Both the position numbers and the translations under genes were made by a program. This document shows positions 30,401 through 46,324 of a stretch of DNA of 64,000 nucleotides, piece by piece (positions within the stretch are counted from its first letter, which is position 1; every line of letters begins with the position of its first letter). The DNA is from the human T2T-CHM13v2.0 reference genome, Homo sapiens: NCBI RefSeq assembly GCF_009914755.1, contig NC_060929.1. One strand, written 5' to 3'. The notes under the pieces are model-generated. The model worked only from the letters and a program-made list of their open reading frames with translations. It searched no databases and was not told the DNA's origin.

Positions 30401-31469
30401 AATTATATGAAAATATAATTGAAATCCACAAGTGTTTAGTGGGTATGTGTTACACACTGTCCATTGATAATTCATGATTTCTGAGTAACTTATGGGCATT
30501 ATAATTTAAGTATGTGAAAGGACCAGTTAATAGAGCATTCCACTTACAATGATGACAGTGGGAATTTGTTACCTCTGAACATATGATTCTATTATTATTT
30601 TCCACTCTGTATCCTACGAGATTACAAAAACAATGTTGAAACTTCTGATGTATAATTTTGACAGGGTGCAAATAAGACTTATTTTATTAAATATTTAAGT
30701 CTCTGGGTTAAGGAGTAAAAATTACCTCAATTACTGCTAAGGGCTAATTTACACAGCAGGAGAGTTAAGCTCCATATGTTATTATTTTTAGGAGAGTGTG
30801 TTTATTCTGTTTTATTTTTCATCAAGATTTATTGTAGACTGTTTCCATTTTAATCAAACCAATATTACAGCGTGAATATATTTTCAGATTCTAAGCAATT
30901 TTAATCTTAGTTGATAACCTTTAGATAACATCTACTCTTAAGACTAGAGTTGTGTGAGTATGTGTTGGCGGTTTTGTGGGATTTTTTTTCACACCACTCT
31001 GCAGTTGAGCTTGTGTTCTAAAATAGCTGTTCATGTCTCCAAACTTCATTTATGCTAATCTCACCATCCTCTATGCAACTTCACCCCAGATATGAACTTG
31101 CTCATGTTGTTTCCCCATCTTGAAATGTTCCTTGTCCTCCTCCATACACACCCTATCCCATCTCTCATGGCTTAGCTCAAGACTGACCTTCTGTAGGGAA
31201 CTTTTCATAAGTCCTCCACCAGAAATGGATTATTTTCCCTTCTATTAACTTCCCTTTTAGATATTTACAACTTGTGATTCTCCTAAGCAATTTGTCAACA
31301 TTTAGCTGAAAAACATTGAACTGGATAAATAAACAAGCTATTCCTTTGTGTTGCATGCTAGGAAGTTTATAACAAACATCTGGGCTACTCATGGCAAGAG
31401 GAAAAACTTCAGTGAGCACTTTTATCTGACCCTAATTTCTGGCTTCATTTTATATCCAAATGTCTCCCC

Positions 31470-31473
<4 letters not shown>

Positions 31474-31511
<38 letters not shown>
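31474..31511. repeat. (AC)19 microsatellite
   Basis: Read directly from the sequence. Confidence 0.98.
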
Positions 31512-31514
<3 letters not shown>

Positions 31515-32111
31515 TTTTCTTTATCACACAGTTCTAATCTGTGTTCTATTCTTTACATTTTTTTCTGAGGTGGGTGCAAGTTGAAATACAAATGAATAGA
31601 CACAGGTGTATCTGTCAATTTTAAGTCTCTTTGTATTGCAAGTGACAAAATATAATCCATCTCAAATGGGCCTAACCTGCAAAGATGATTTATTGGCTCA
31701 TGAGGAAAAACCTCTAGAGACTTTGGCTGAATCTTGATCCAGAAGTTCAAATGGTGTCACTCAGAGCATGGCTACTTTGTGAGTCACTTTTTTCTGCCTT
31801 CTGTGGCATCATCTTTATACTCAGACATCACAAACATGGCCCTTGGAGGTTCTAGCCTCTCTCTCCTCATGGTAATAAAACAGAGCAAGCATCCAGAGCA
31901 TCTGAACCGTGAAACCCACAAGAGAAAACGTTTCTTATGACTGCTTTCATAGAATAAAGGAGATGCTTTTCTCTCCAGAAATAAATGCCTCTTTCCATCT
32001 CATCAGTTCAGATTGTATCATAAGTCTTTCTCTGAGCAAATGGTTTAGCTGGAATGATGTCACGACTTTTACAGTCATTGACTTAAACAAATCTGGTTTA
32101 AAATGAAGGAT

Positions 32112-32150
<39 letters not shown>

Positions 32151-32353
32151 TATACTCTAAGTTTTAGGGTACATGTGCACATTGTGCAGGTTAGTTACAT
32201 ATGTATACATGTGCCATGCTGGTGCACTGCACCCACTAATGTGTCATCTAGCATTAGGTATATCTCCCAATGCTATCCCTCCCCCCTCCCCCGACCCCAC
32301 CACAGTCCCCAGAGTGTGATATTCCCCTTCCTGTGGCCATGTGATCTCATTGT

Positions 32354-34005
<1,652 letters not shown>

Positions 34006-34621
34006 TGAAGGATGGTTTTACAAAGAAAATCTGGTGTACTTTTAGGAAGTTGGAATTAGAAGCCTAGGGGCCAAAATCATGGCAAACATTCTCCATGTAA
34101 GAAGTTTTGTATGCAATTGTTTTAATTTCTCTGGAAGAAGATGGCAGGATTTTTGAGTGAGGAATTCAGCTTTCTTTGTAGGCTTCACATTCGCAGCATA
34201 TGTTAGGCTCCTGGCTGGTACCCTTCATACTTGCTTGTGGCTATGGCTGTAGTTTACATGTAGTTCACTTATACAACTGAACTCTACTGCATCTCATTCC
34301 CCATAAAAAGAAATCTAGAGGGATTATACTCAGGTATTAACTTGAGCAGTGCAGAAACAACGCTTGATATATTGATTGCTCAAGGGACATTTGGGTACTC
34401 AGTTTCTGGTTGATGAAATAATCTACACCACAAGAACTGAATAAAAGATAAACAATGCTTTCATTGTCTTTTGTTGGAACTGCACTTGGAACATGTTCTT
34501 TGCACAAATATAGCTATGACCATGACATCAGTGATGTGATGTAGAACAACTGAGATGGGAACGCTGCTAGGGCTTCTTTATGTTTTCCTAGTTTAATATC
34601 CTATACAGGATGAGTAACAGA

Positions 34622-34728
34622 TAGTGTTGCCAGATTTAGCAAATAAAAATGCAGCACACCTAGTTAAATTTGAATTTTAGATAAACAAAAAATCACTTTT
34701 AGGATAAATGCAATCCATACAATATTTG
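34622..34728. mobile_element. MER53-like hAT fragment
   Basis: gttgccagatttagcaaataaaaat...agttaaatttgaattttagataaacaa. Confidence 0.7.
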
Positions 34729-34829
34729 TAGAAGTGATACTAGTATCAGTAAATCAAGCAGTTTAGTCAATGCTATCATTAAGTTTCTATAAATTGTACT
34801 ATACCTAACATAATACTTTCAATCTTCAT

Positions 34830-35045
34830 AGGAATCAAATGGGAGATGAAATCCTGTCTCCACCATCACTAGCTATGTTACCTTATATAAATTTTCTAAA
34901 CACTTTGAGCATTAACTTTGTTATTCATAAAATAGAGGAAAATACTAGCTCCTATCTCATAGGGCAATTGTGAGGATTAAGTGATATATAGTATATAAGA
35001 GTTTAATCTGGAGCCTGAAATGTAGTAAACTCTCAATAAACAATA
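34830..35045 (+). mobile_element. MIR
   Basis: cactagctatgttacctt..cctatctcatagggcaattgtgaggattaagtga..tagtaaactctcaataaa. Confidence 0.8.
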
Positions 35046-36139
35046 AAGTATAGAGTAAGAAGATAAGTATTTGTAGCTACTCATACAAGCCTTTCAAATT
35101 CTGTGAAATAATTAACTTCCCTTTCTCAGTGCAATATAGGAATAACAGAAATCAATGCTTAATGAGGAAACTTTTGACTAAGGCTGAAATTTATTCCAGA
35201 GTATTTACTTAGGGTTCCATTAGTAAAGAACAAGCATGAACAGATGCTGGTGACAGGGGTAAAAGGGTGTACCCTGCATTTGTCCTTGTGTGGCTTTAGC
35301 TCACATGGAATACATAATGATGAAGAAAATATATGAAGCAGCCCGATGCCTGTGGAATTTAAAGATTTCACATGCAGAATTAGTTTATATAAACCTCCAC
35401 AGCCTTTCTTCAAAACTGAAATGAGAACTTCTGAGAGCACATTTTATTCTCAGTGTCTTTCACAGTACATGATATATATTAGATACTCAATAAATTTTTA
35501 CTAAAATAGAGGGAATCTGAGATGGGAAGTATTCCTTTAGATGTGCCTTCTCTGTCCTTTATGTAGAAATTTTGCAGCTTCCAAAGAGAAGTAGAAGCCT
35601 ATAGAATTGAGTTTCATCTTCTGTTAGTAGAGTAATCACCTTTTTTTCATGCAAATTGCAGTTTTTTAGAAGAGAGAAAGATGCTATTAGGAGTTAGGCA
35701 TAAACTGGAGCTTTCACAGGCAAACAAAGACATATGGTCACTCTACCTACAAACAACACTTGGAAGCCAGTGAATGTAAAGTGTAAAGGCTTCCAGGTAA
35801 TAATATCTACCATTGAACAAATATAACATTCTACTTTTAGTAGAGAATGAGGGTCAAAGGAATAGTTTCTACTGTGGTCGGAGCCATGTCCACCATGCTT
35901 ATAATTCATTTTAATTATTTTAATCTTTTGTCTGGTTAACAGTCACTCAACCATTTTCAGACGCATTGAGATACCATAGACTCTTAGACCATCAGTTCTG
36001 AAAACAGCATAAGGGGTTATATAGTCTCATTCCCTCATTGTTCCCAGTAATAAAATAGGCCAGAGGGTGACAGCTGGGAGAAGCTGCAAAGAATACTGAA
36101 CTTCAACAAAAGACTGTTTTCAAGTTCTCATTCTGTGAT

Positions 36140-36368
36140 CCAGATGCCAAACTATGGCATATGGCAAGAGACAAATCTAGGCCAATTCATGTTATTGTAA
36201 ATAAAATCTTATTGGGGGTGCAGCTACACCCATTCATGTATGTGTATCTATTGTTGCTTTCTGGCTATAATGACAGATTTGAATATTTGCAACAGAATAT
36301 ATATCCTACAAAACCGAACATATTTACTCTCTGGCCCTTTACAGCAAAAATTTGTAAAAACAATCCTC
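36140..36368. mobile_element. MER58A-like hAT MITE
   Basis: ttgtaaataaaatcttattgg..cacccattcat..atatttactctctggccctttacagcaaaaatttg. Confidence 0.8.
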
Positions 36369-36509
36369 GAATCTAGTAGTAGTAGCTGGTATCTTCCATC
36401 TTCTTTTCCTCTAACTTCTCTGTCTTCCTCTTAGCTACTGGACATTAAATGCTGCACACCAGACAGTGGGCTAAGTTTTGCTAAATCCTCACAAACCCCT
36501 GGGATAGGA

Positions 36510-36790
36510 CAGGCAGTATGCATGGTTGATAGAGTGAATTCTAGATGCTGACTATGTGTTTTGTTTCCTGATTGCATCAGCAACCAGAGCCAATATCTTT
36601 TTATAGTTATTTAAACTCTCTGCATGTCCTTCATTGATTTTCATCATCAACATCCTTAAGAAGTAAATCCTCTTATTAGCTCAAACTTCATAGCTGAGAA
36701 AATTGAAGCTTATAGAGGTTCATGTTCAGAGTCAGCATTTGAACTCAAGGCAGTCTAGCTTCAGAGCAAAAGCTCTTAAACAATATTATA
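36510..36790. mobile_element. MIR fragments (+ then -)
   Basis: gcagtatgcatggtt.. start; tagctgagaaaattgaagct..tttgaactcaaggcagtctagcttcagagc. Confidence 0.6.
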
Positions 36791-38109
36791 CTGTCATTGT
36801 GAAGCTAAAATGATACACTAGACATTAAATGCCATTTGAAAAAAGTAACACAATGTGAATATTAAGAACACACTGTGGTCATTTCTACATAATTATTATT
36901 TTCTACACTATACAGTCAAGGAAGTCTCACATCTTGGGATTTATTTCAAATAAAATTAACTAGTGATCATTGTTGCTCAATATAAAGTATTGATGATAGT
37001 AATAATTACACTGATTTGCCTACAGATTATACTCTTATTGTTGACCCAATTTGGTGATGGAATTTTCAAATTGGTTTGCTACCTTCATCTCTTTTGCTCT
37101 GCCATGAGCCCCTTCCCTGCCCTACTTGGATTTATCTCACTGAGTATAAAAAATCATCTTGCTTACATTGCTTTAAATTGCCTCTTTACTGGAGCCTTTG
37201 CACAGTATTTGGGTAACACTAATTGGAACAATTATTTATAATAAGGATGCATGTGGAGAAGCCACTCAATGTGTTTACCTGTCTGAAAATAATTATGCTA
37301 TTCGCATTCCCTTAGACCACAATTTGTGAATATGTGTCTGGGTTTTGTTGATACCCTCTTTTTACTGAATAAATTGTAGTATTTTGAGCAGGGAATTATA
37401 GTTTACACTGGAAGTAAATAATGTGACACTTTGATCAGCCTCTTTCCTCCTGGGTGGCTAGGAGTAGCTCTCCTTAATTGCAGTGTGCTTGCACACCTGA
37501 GATGGAGCCTACATAACTCTTGCCTTCTGCCAGCAATCATCACTGGGATTTAAAATGGAAAAGAGCCATACCATGCCTAATCATTTCATCTATCCACTTG
37601 CTAAAACAAGATATTTCTGGAGGTCAATCTTCTGTTCTTCCAGAACAAAGGAAAGCACCAATTCAGTGGGAAAACAAACTTGCTGAATATGAAGACAACC
37701 AACAAAGTGAATAAATTTTATACTTTTCAAGTTACTACCTTGGGTCAAGGAGACATACTCAAGATGGAATCACCGTTATGCCAAACATTTTATTAAACAA
37801 AAAAGAATGCAGAATTTATCTAAACAAAAAGTGTTCACCTAACCTTATACTTGCATGTCTTAGTATTCAGCAAAAGATATAAGAGTATTTCTATGCAGAT
37901 TTATGGAGCTCTTTCCTTACATATCTATTTCCTCTTTGGAGTTTCAGCCCCATTTAAATTTTATCTCTTTGTCCTTAATTAAGCAAAACATCTATTTTGT
38001 TGTTTAGATTTCCCCTCCCTGTAAAAGAGTCAGGAAAGTGTTTCTAAGCAGATATCTGGGGTGATTGAAGACCTCCCTTTATTTGTTAACCTTCTTTCAG
38101 AGCATTCTC

Positions 38110-39895
38110 ATTATATATTTTTGATACAAAATAATTGTACATATTTATGTGGCACATGTGATATTTTGATACAGGCATACAATGTATATTGATCAAATCA
38201 GGAAAATTAGAAAATCTATCATCTCAAACAGTGGTCATTTCTTTGTGTTAAGAACATTTGAGAGCTTCTCTTCTAGCTATTTTTAAATATGTAATCAATT
38301 ATAGTTAACTATAGTCATCCTACTGTGCCATTGAACACTAGAACTTAATCTTCTAAGTGTATTTTTTAACCTATTAACCAATTTTGTTTTAACCCACTTT
38401 TGTCTCTGCCCTTCTCAGCCTCTAGTAACAATCATTCTACTCCCTACCACCATGAGATCAATTTTTTTTTTTTTGCTCCTGCATATGACTGAGAACATGT
38501 GATATTTCTCTTTCTGTCCCTGGCTTATTTCACATAACATAATGACTTCCAGTTCCATGCATGTTGCTGCAAATGATAGGATTGCATTCTTTTTATGGTC
38601 AAATAGGATATAGAAATAATTTATCTCTGTAGTTCATTGAGAATTTTTATCATGAAAAGGTGTTTTGTCCAATTATTTTTCTGCATCTATTAACAAAATC
38701 ATGTGATTTTAATCCTTTATTCTGTTAACACGGTGGTTTGTGCATTAATTGATTTGCATATGTTGAATTATCCTTGGATATGCAGTTTTCCCAGCACCAT
38801 TTATTGAAGAGTTTGTCTTTTCTCCAATGTATGTTCTTGGCACCTGTGATAAAAATGAGTCGGTCTCAATTTTGTTGGTTTCTGCTCTGATCTTTAGTAT
38901 TTATTTCCTTCTGTGAATTTTGGGTTTGGTTTTTTCTTGCTGTTATTGTTCCTGGAGTGCATCATTAAGTTGTTCATTTAAAATCTTTCTAGTTTTTTGA
39001 TATAGGCATTTTTTTACTATAAACCTGCTTCTTTCTTAATACTGTTTTTGCTCTGTACCATAGGTTTTGATATGTTGTGACATTCTATTTTCAGTTCTTT
39101 CAATTAATCTTTCTAATTTTATTTTTAACTTTTTTCTTCACCATTCAGGAATATGTTGTTTAATTTCTAGGTACTTATATAGTTTTTAATGTTTCTCTTG
39201 TTGGTCTAGTTTTATTTCATTGTGTTCCAACCACATACTTAATATGATTTTAATTTGTTAGTTTTCTTGAGGATTGTTTTGTGTCCTAACATATGGTCAG
39301 CCATAGATAATGTTCTATGCACTGAAGAAAAGAATGTGTATTCTGCAGCTGTTGGGTGAAACATTCTGTAAATGTTTGTCGGGTCCATTTGGTCTATGGT
39401 GTCATTTAAATCTGATATTTCATTGGTGATTTTCTGTTTAAATAACCTGTCCAATGCTGAGAGTGGGGTGTTGAAATCTCCTATTAGTAGTGTATTGGAA
39501 TCTATCTCTCCCTTTGCATCTAATATTTGCTTTATATATCTGGGTGCTTGGGTGTTTGGTACATGTATATCTGTAATTGTTACATTCTCTTGCTAAATTG
39601 ATCCCTTTATATAATGCCCTTCTTTGTCTCTGTCAGCTTTTAACTTGAAGAACAATAAAAAAGATCAACAAACAAAGCTGGTTTATTGAACAGATAATTA
39701 AAATCAACAAACCATTAGCTAGACAAACTAAGAATAAAATATACAGAAGAGCCAAATAAATAAAATCAGGAAGTAAAATGGAGATGTTAAATGGATACCA
39801 CAGAAATGCAAAGAATCACTGGAGACTACTAGGAGCAACTATACATGAGTAGATTCGAAAACCTGGAGGAAATAGATAAATTCCTTCACACAACT
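38110..39895 (-). mobile_element. Rearranged L1MA4-6-like element (five non-collinear pieces, the last on the plus strand)
   Basis: Antisense L1MA 3' UTR at 38110-38605; antisense ORF2 pieces including EN remnant ORF 39239-39454; sense ORF2 at 39648-39895. Confidence 0.8.
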
Positions 39896-40388
39896 TAAAG
39901 TCTCTTCCTGTGGAACAATACCCACCCCTAATATCCCAAGTATGGGTTAGGTTTCCCTACTTTTCATTGCCATAACTCTGTAGACTCCCTTATGAAAGTA
40001 CTTTTCACACCATTCATTGTTGTTTTCTCCACTCACTGACAGTAAAGATTGGTATTATCTTTCCTATTCAGCATAGTGGTTGGCACAGAGAATAAACCTA
40101 GATAAGTAAATGTTAAATATTGAGCAAATCGGTGAAGAACTATCTGGGAAAAAAGAACCTAAACCAGCAAAGTATAAACAGTGGCATTTTACAAAACTCA
40201 CATTTGTGATATTCTTTTAAAAATATATAAATTATTTCTCTATACTTTATTTTTTATGTTCACAGCATTTTCATCCTAGGAAGTGCTAGCATATACTATC
40301 CCCACTGTAAAATCTGAAAATAGATTCATAGCATCTACATTATGGTCAGATGTGGCAAACCTCAGATTGGAAATATCTAAATCCAGGT

Positions 40389-40832
40389 ATATTAGTCATC
40401 TTAAGTAAAACTATCCATACCAAATGATTCAAAGGTATTATGGCTTTACACAATAAAGATTTATTTCTTATTAATGTTATATAGTACAATGTATACTGGA
40501 GGAGGCGGGGAAGACCTCTGCTACACACAGTCTTCAGGGACCTAGATTCTTTTCATGGTGTGGCTCTGCCAACTTCAACAAATGCCTTCAGGAATTTAAC
40601 ATCATATAGTGTCATCCATGTGTCAGATTAAGGGAAGAGGGAGAGATCAAACAGAAAGCAAACTGATTATAGCTGCACAGACCAAACAGTAAGGTATCTA
40701 TTTTATTTATATTACATTGATGAGAGCTAGTCATATGACCCCCTAGATGCAAGGCTGACAGGAAATGAGAATTAGCTACGTGCTCAGGAAGAAGAAGTGG
40801 GTGTTATGAGCATCTACTCAGTCTCTGCCAAC
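40389..40832 (-). mobile_element. MLT1J-like solo LTR
   Basis: acaataaagatttatttctt..gctagtcatatgacc..gcaaggctgacaggaaatg..cagtctctgcca. Confidence 0.7.
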
Positions 40833-40999
40833 ACATTTACATTAGTGACCAAGTTCATTTATTTATTCATACATATGAACTATAGAGAAATAGTAATAAA
40901 TAAAAAATAGTTTCAAATTTTTTAAAGCTTATATTCTAATAAGAGTACTCAGATTTTTAAAAACTAAATACATCTTTCTGTAGACAAAAGTAAAATGGA

Positions 41000-41420
41000 A
41001 TATGAGGAAGGAGGTATTATTTGTATAGGATAGTCCTGGAAAATATCTCTGATAAGATGATATTTGCAAATAGAGCTGAAGGGTGTGGAGGAACAGGCCA
41101 TGTTGATATTCAGGGCAGGAGCAGCCCAACAAAGAATAGCAACTGCAAAGTCCTCATGGAGCTTGGTGTCTTGCAAGATCAGCAAGGGGGCTGTTCTGGG
41201 TGGTGCAGAGTACAAGAGGAAAGAGTGATTGAGATGGCATCAGCGAAACAGTCGGGCAGCAGATCAGGGAGAGCTTTCTCGGCCATTTTAAAAACTGAGT
41301 TGGAAAGATGTTGGAGGAGTAAAATGTTTTCTTAGTGTCACACTGCCTGTTGTTTGAGAAGAGATTGGACAGACAAGGCAAAGCTAGAAGAGCAGAATAG
41401 TTAGGCAGCTAAATCACAGC
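41000..41420 (-). mobile_element. L2 fragment
   Basis: gataagatgatatttg..gcaaagtcct..ggagcttggtgtcttg..gcagatcaggga. Confidence 0.65.
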
Positions 41421-41459
41421 CTGGTCATTTTGAACTATAGTGAATTATAATGTTTTATC

Positions 41460-41919
41460 TATTTACTTTTTAAATATTGAGATATAATTTATGTAAAGTG
41501 GTATTCACTCTTTTTTGAGTACAGTTCTATTAGTTTGGACAAGCACATGCAGGCATGTAACCACCACTACCATCATGATACAGAACAGAGCCCTCACTCC
41601 CCCAAATTTTCTCACTCTGCCGTTTGTTATAAACCCCACCCTATCCCCATGGCCTAGCAACTGCTGATCTATTTTCTGTTTCTATAGTATTACCTTTTCC
41701 AGAACCACAGAGTAGGTAGCCTTTTGAGTCTGGCTTCTTTCACATAGAATTATGCATTTAGAATTCGTCCATTTAGTTTTGTGTTTTACTAGTTTCTTTC
41801 TTTTCATTGCTGAGAAGTATGCTGTTGAATGTATACCCGAGTTTCTTAATCCATTCACTAGAATTTATGTTTTATCCTGTCATTCAGCACTTTACAAATA
41901 AAGCCTCTAAAAACATTAA

Positions 41920-41973
<54 letters not shown>

Positions 41974-42010
41974 TAAGTTTTCATTTGTCTTGGGTAAATC
42001 TCAAGAATAG
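41460..42010 (-). mobile_element. Old L1 (L1MC/MD-like) 3' UTR fragment
   Basis: ttgagatataatt..tacagttcta..gtaaccaccactac..ttttgagtctggcttctttcac. Confidence 0.75.
41922..41969. repeat. (TG)24 microsatellite
   Basis: Read directly from the sequence. Confidence 0.98.
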
Positions 42011-42021
42011 GGCATTTTACT

Positions 42022-42023
<2 letters not shown>

Positions 42024-42060
<37 letters not shown>

Positions 42061-42310
42061 TTGAGGCAGGGTCTCACTCTTCACCCAGGCTGGAGTCTAG
42101 TGTTGGATCTATAGCCTTGAATTCCTGAGCTCAGGCAATCCTGCCACCTCAGCCTCCTGAGTAGCTGGGACTACCGGCATGTGCCACTATACCCAGCTGA
42201 TTTTTTTGTTGTTTTTTTGTTTTTTTGCTTTTTTAGTGGAGATAGGGTTTCCCCATAATGCCCAGGCAAGCCTTGGGCTCAAGCGATCTGCTTGCTTTGG
42301 CCTCCCAAGT
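42024..42310 (-). mobile_element. AluJ, slightly 5'-truncated, with (TAAA)n tail
   Basis: gaggcagggtctcactct..gctcaggcaatcctgccacctcagcctcc; TSD attttacttt at 42014-42023 and 42311-42320. Confidence 0.9.
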
Positions 42311-42364
42311 ATTTTACTTTTAAAACTCTAACAAAATTAGGCATTAAACTGTAAAAGGAAAGTC

Positions 42365-42800
42365 ATTATCAATTAATTTAGCATATACAAAGGACATATC
42401 ATGTGCAAGGTGTTAAAGCTACCACAATGAACAAACCAGGTAAGGTCCCCTTCTCTATGAAATATGAAGACATGCATAACCTACATATTCCAGGAACTGC
42501 CCTAGGCACTGGGAATAAAACAAATGACAGAATTATATCTTCTTATGGAATGAGTGAACTAATAATCAAGAAAATATCAAGCCCTGGTGAATACAGAAAA
42601 TAAAATAAAATGGGTGTTTTGAAAGAGGTTGACTCTGGAGACTGTGATCAGTGGAGATTTCTCTGAGAAAGGCATACTTAAACTGGTACTAGAAAGAGAA
42701 GAAAGAGCCTTTTATTCTAATCTCTGGAATAAGGGCATTTAGGACAGTGGAACAGCTAAGATAGAGGTTTTAATGCAGGAACTGGCGATACGTGTTCAAT
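42365..42800 (-). mobile_element. L2 fragments (two 3' ends in tandem)
   Basis: atgtgcaaggtgt..gaacaaaacc; attccaggaactgccctaggcactgggaata; gtgatcagtggagatttctctgaga. Confidence 0.55.
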
Positions 42801-44819
42801 GAAATGGAGTAATTTACAGTTATTGAGCAACTATATGCCAGTCAATATGCCAGGTTATTAACTTATGTTCCAAGTTATTACTTATTTTTTATTTGAGTAG
42901 AATATCTGAATTCCCAGTAAAATTGTTGACCTGTAAGATATTAAGTAATAATTAGACACTATTAGGAAGATATTTCCATGTATTGAATCTATCTAAGTAT
43001 CAAGTTTATGACATCATAGTGATCACCACTGCTCTCCTAAACTAGAAATAAATTAAAGCCAAACAAGTAAGTAGGAGTGATCTCACTACAAGGCTGTCTG
43101 CACATACAGTGGGTGTAATTTAACAGTGATGCCTCAGTGCCTTTTAAAATGGCATCTCACTTACTGAAAAAAAATGGAATAGATAGCAAGCCAGAGGTCT
43201 CAGGCAGTATGTCAAGATACTTTATAGAGCCAAAGAAAGCTATAAAACAAAGCAAAGCAACAACCAAAAATTCACTGACAGCTAAAAGAAATGGGCTGCT
43301 TCAAGTTGCTTTTTCTTTCCTGGTGCTATGATTCAGTATCCTTCCCAAATGTATATTTTTTCTTAGTTATTAAAGTCTCATGGAGAGATGCATGGCATTT
43401 TCGTTTGAGCACTATTTTATAACAACCTTTGTGATCTTCCATTGTGTCTTATATGTGCTTTACATAGATGTGGCAATTACAGGTTTACAATAGCAGTTAG
43501 AAAACTCCAGATAGAATGGGAATAAACTTTGGATGAATCACATTATTCACGTGCTTGGAAATATAGGTGACCACAGCTAAAAACATTGAATCTAAATTTC
43601 ACCATACATTTTTTACCATCTTAACTACAGTGTTATAATAATGCAAATTCTGTTTGACATTGATACTTCAGAGTTGGGACCAACCTATAAACAGGGTAAT
43701 CAAATAAATATAGGGGTAGGACTTACTCCAAGGAATATGCTGGAATGTATGGATGTTGTTAGGCTTTAGAGACTGAAATATATACACCTTAGGGGTGGGA
43801 AGATTTACTGAGATTGAGAGATGGGGCTTCGGACTACTAATTAAGATTATAATAGCATGCTTAATATTACTAATTATAATAACATGTTTAGTATTACTAA
43901 TTATTAAGAATGTAAAGGGAGGATATAGAAATGGATGCAAGGGCCTCTGGTCAAATGAAGTAGATTGAATGTAGATGTTAATGCCTGTAATCTCTCAAAA
44001 ACACTAGTAGAAGAAAAAAATGACAGTTGAAGAAATAAAGATGTGAGTCTACAAAGAAAAGGAAAGAGTGACAGGCAAGACGACTTGGAATGAAAGGTGT
44101 CAACAGCATTCAAAGGAAGGAAATGGATGGAAGGATAGCAACAAACTAGCAGAGCAAAAGAAGATGAACTCTATCTGCTTAAAGTGTAGCAGCCAATGGG
44201 AAACAAGTCAGCATCTGCCATATAAAAGAAAGGTTTAGGATTTGGAGGTGTTATGTAATTCCAAAGGACGTGAAGAGAGGAGAGGCTAAATTGAGAAAGC
44301 TAAAAAACAATTTGTAATGCTGTTGCCCCTGCCCGCCTGAACCTAGAGCTCCTTCATTACCCCTTAGCACACCTTGATCACTTGTTCACCTTCAGAAGCT
44401 AAGAGGTTCAGTTGCTGGGGAAATTGAGCTGCAGAGCCTCTAGACTCATATCAAATCATATGACTACATCTTTCTGTTATATTTATTTGCTTAGGGCTGT
44501 TTTCATGATTGTTGATTATAATGCTACAGAGATGAACCATACATATTTTTCTCAGTGTATAATTATGAATATAAACATCCTAAAGCTTGAAAGATTAGAT
44601 TATAATTTAGTCCTGTGGGCACATTTTCTCTGAAGTAAATATTAGAGATCATTTCCCTTTTCTCAGCTTTATCCAACATAAGCATTTATCTCTTGGGGTT
44701 GTCATTAAATAAGAAATTGTCAACAAATGTAGGTAAAACATACAGTAAATTCTACATAACCACTTTTCTCCATTCTCTTTTTCCAAATCTTCCTTATTTC
44801 ATATAATGAACATCTTTTT

Positions 44820-45345
44820 AAAAATATACCCAACATCTATTTCCCCATTTAAATAGTATTAGAACCTTACTTTTCCTAAGGATAATTCTCTACTTGTTAC
44901 TCTTTATGGTTTGGAAATAGCTGGCCTAATTACACCACTTCCAATAAGTAGAGATAAAAATCTAAATCTAGCTAATCCATTTCCATGGACACAGCAAATA
45001 GTTATTAACTTCTATATAACACAAGCTAATCAGAATCAATATGTGAAATTTACAGGAACTATTGAAAAAGAAAAGCTCCTTCCAGAGGGACTGCTAGACA
45101 GTGAGAGGTAAGCCTTGAGCCATTGGTTACCAGCATGACTAGGGAGATTGCATGAAATGAAAACTCAAACAGAGGACAGCAGAGCTGGAAAATGGAGCCT
45201 CACTGAATTCAGACAATAGTACGTAACACCTCAACTCAGCTATGCCTGAATTTTTTAATTATGTTAGCCATTTTATCCCCCCCGCAACCCTTTCTGCATT
45301 TCTTTTCCCTAAGTTAGGTTTAATTGATGCTCTGGGACTTCCAAA
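44820..45345 (+). mobile_element. MLT1-like LTR (decayed)
   Basis: gctaatcagaatc..cagcagagctggaaaatggag..cagctatgcctgaa..tatgttagcca..taagttaggttt. Confidence 0.5.
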
Positions 45346-45654
45346 TATGAGCATATAACCCAATCATATTTGTTTATCCAACCCATCCTTTCAAGATGTG
45401 CTTCTCTTTTAAATCTCTCTCCTGATCATGACTTTGCACATTCATCCCTGTCCTTCAACTTTTTCTTTTTTTACTGAGTTCTATATTTTGTTTAGAAATT
45501 TTATCATTTTAAAACATTTCCACAGAACTGTTAGATGTGATCAATAAGGATAAGGAAAATTACTTGTTCTTTAACAAATCTTAGATGTATGATTTGGGAA
45601 AAATTCTTAATCATTCCTAATTAAATTTTTGCTTTAATCATTAAAAATTATCTT

Positions 45655-46320
45655 GTCAAGGTCACTGATATTGTCCATATTGCTATAATCAATGCTCAAT
45701 TCTAAGTCCTTCCCTTATGTGACTTACCAGCAACATTTGAGAAACCTGCTCAGCTTCTCCTTATTGAGAGGCCTTCTTCCCTTGGAATCCAGGACTCCAC
45801 AATCATGTTTTCTTTCTGCCTCACTGGCTGCTCCATCTCAGTTTCTATGCTACTAACTCCTTATCTTCTGGCTATAAATGTTGAGCAGTCAGTTCCTGGA
45901 CTGCTTGTCCATCCTCATTTACTTTATTTAATGCCAAGCCCATATTCTTTCTGTCCTCTAAACCCAGACTGTATTGGACTGCCTACTTGACATTTCTTGA
46001 ATATCTAATAGATTTCTCAAACTTAACCTCTTTAAAAATGAACTTCTGGCTGTCCCAACAGACCTGTAGCACCCAAATCTTCCCCATTTTCAATAATAGC
46101 AACTATACTCTTCCAGGTAGTCAGAAAAATCCTGGGACTCCTTCCTTACTCCATTTTCTCTCACGTAGGGATGCTCCTGCCTCAGGGTACTTGTACTTGC
46201 TATTCAGCTGCCTGGAATGCAGTATCCTCAGATACCTACATGCCTCACTTTTCAAGTAGTTTAAGTCTTTGTTCAAATGTCAGCTTCTCATTATGGACTT
46301 CCTTGACCATGATATTTAAA
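45655..46320 (+). mobile_element. L2 fragment
   Basis: caaggtcactga..gacttaccagcaacatttga..ttctgcctcactggctgctcc..tctcaaacttaac..gctcctgcctcaggg. Confidence 0.8.
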
Positions 46321-46324
46321 ATAT

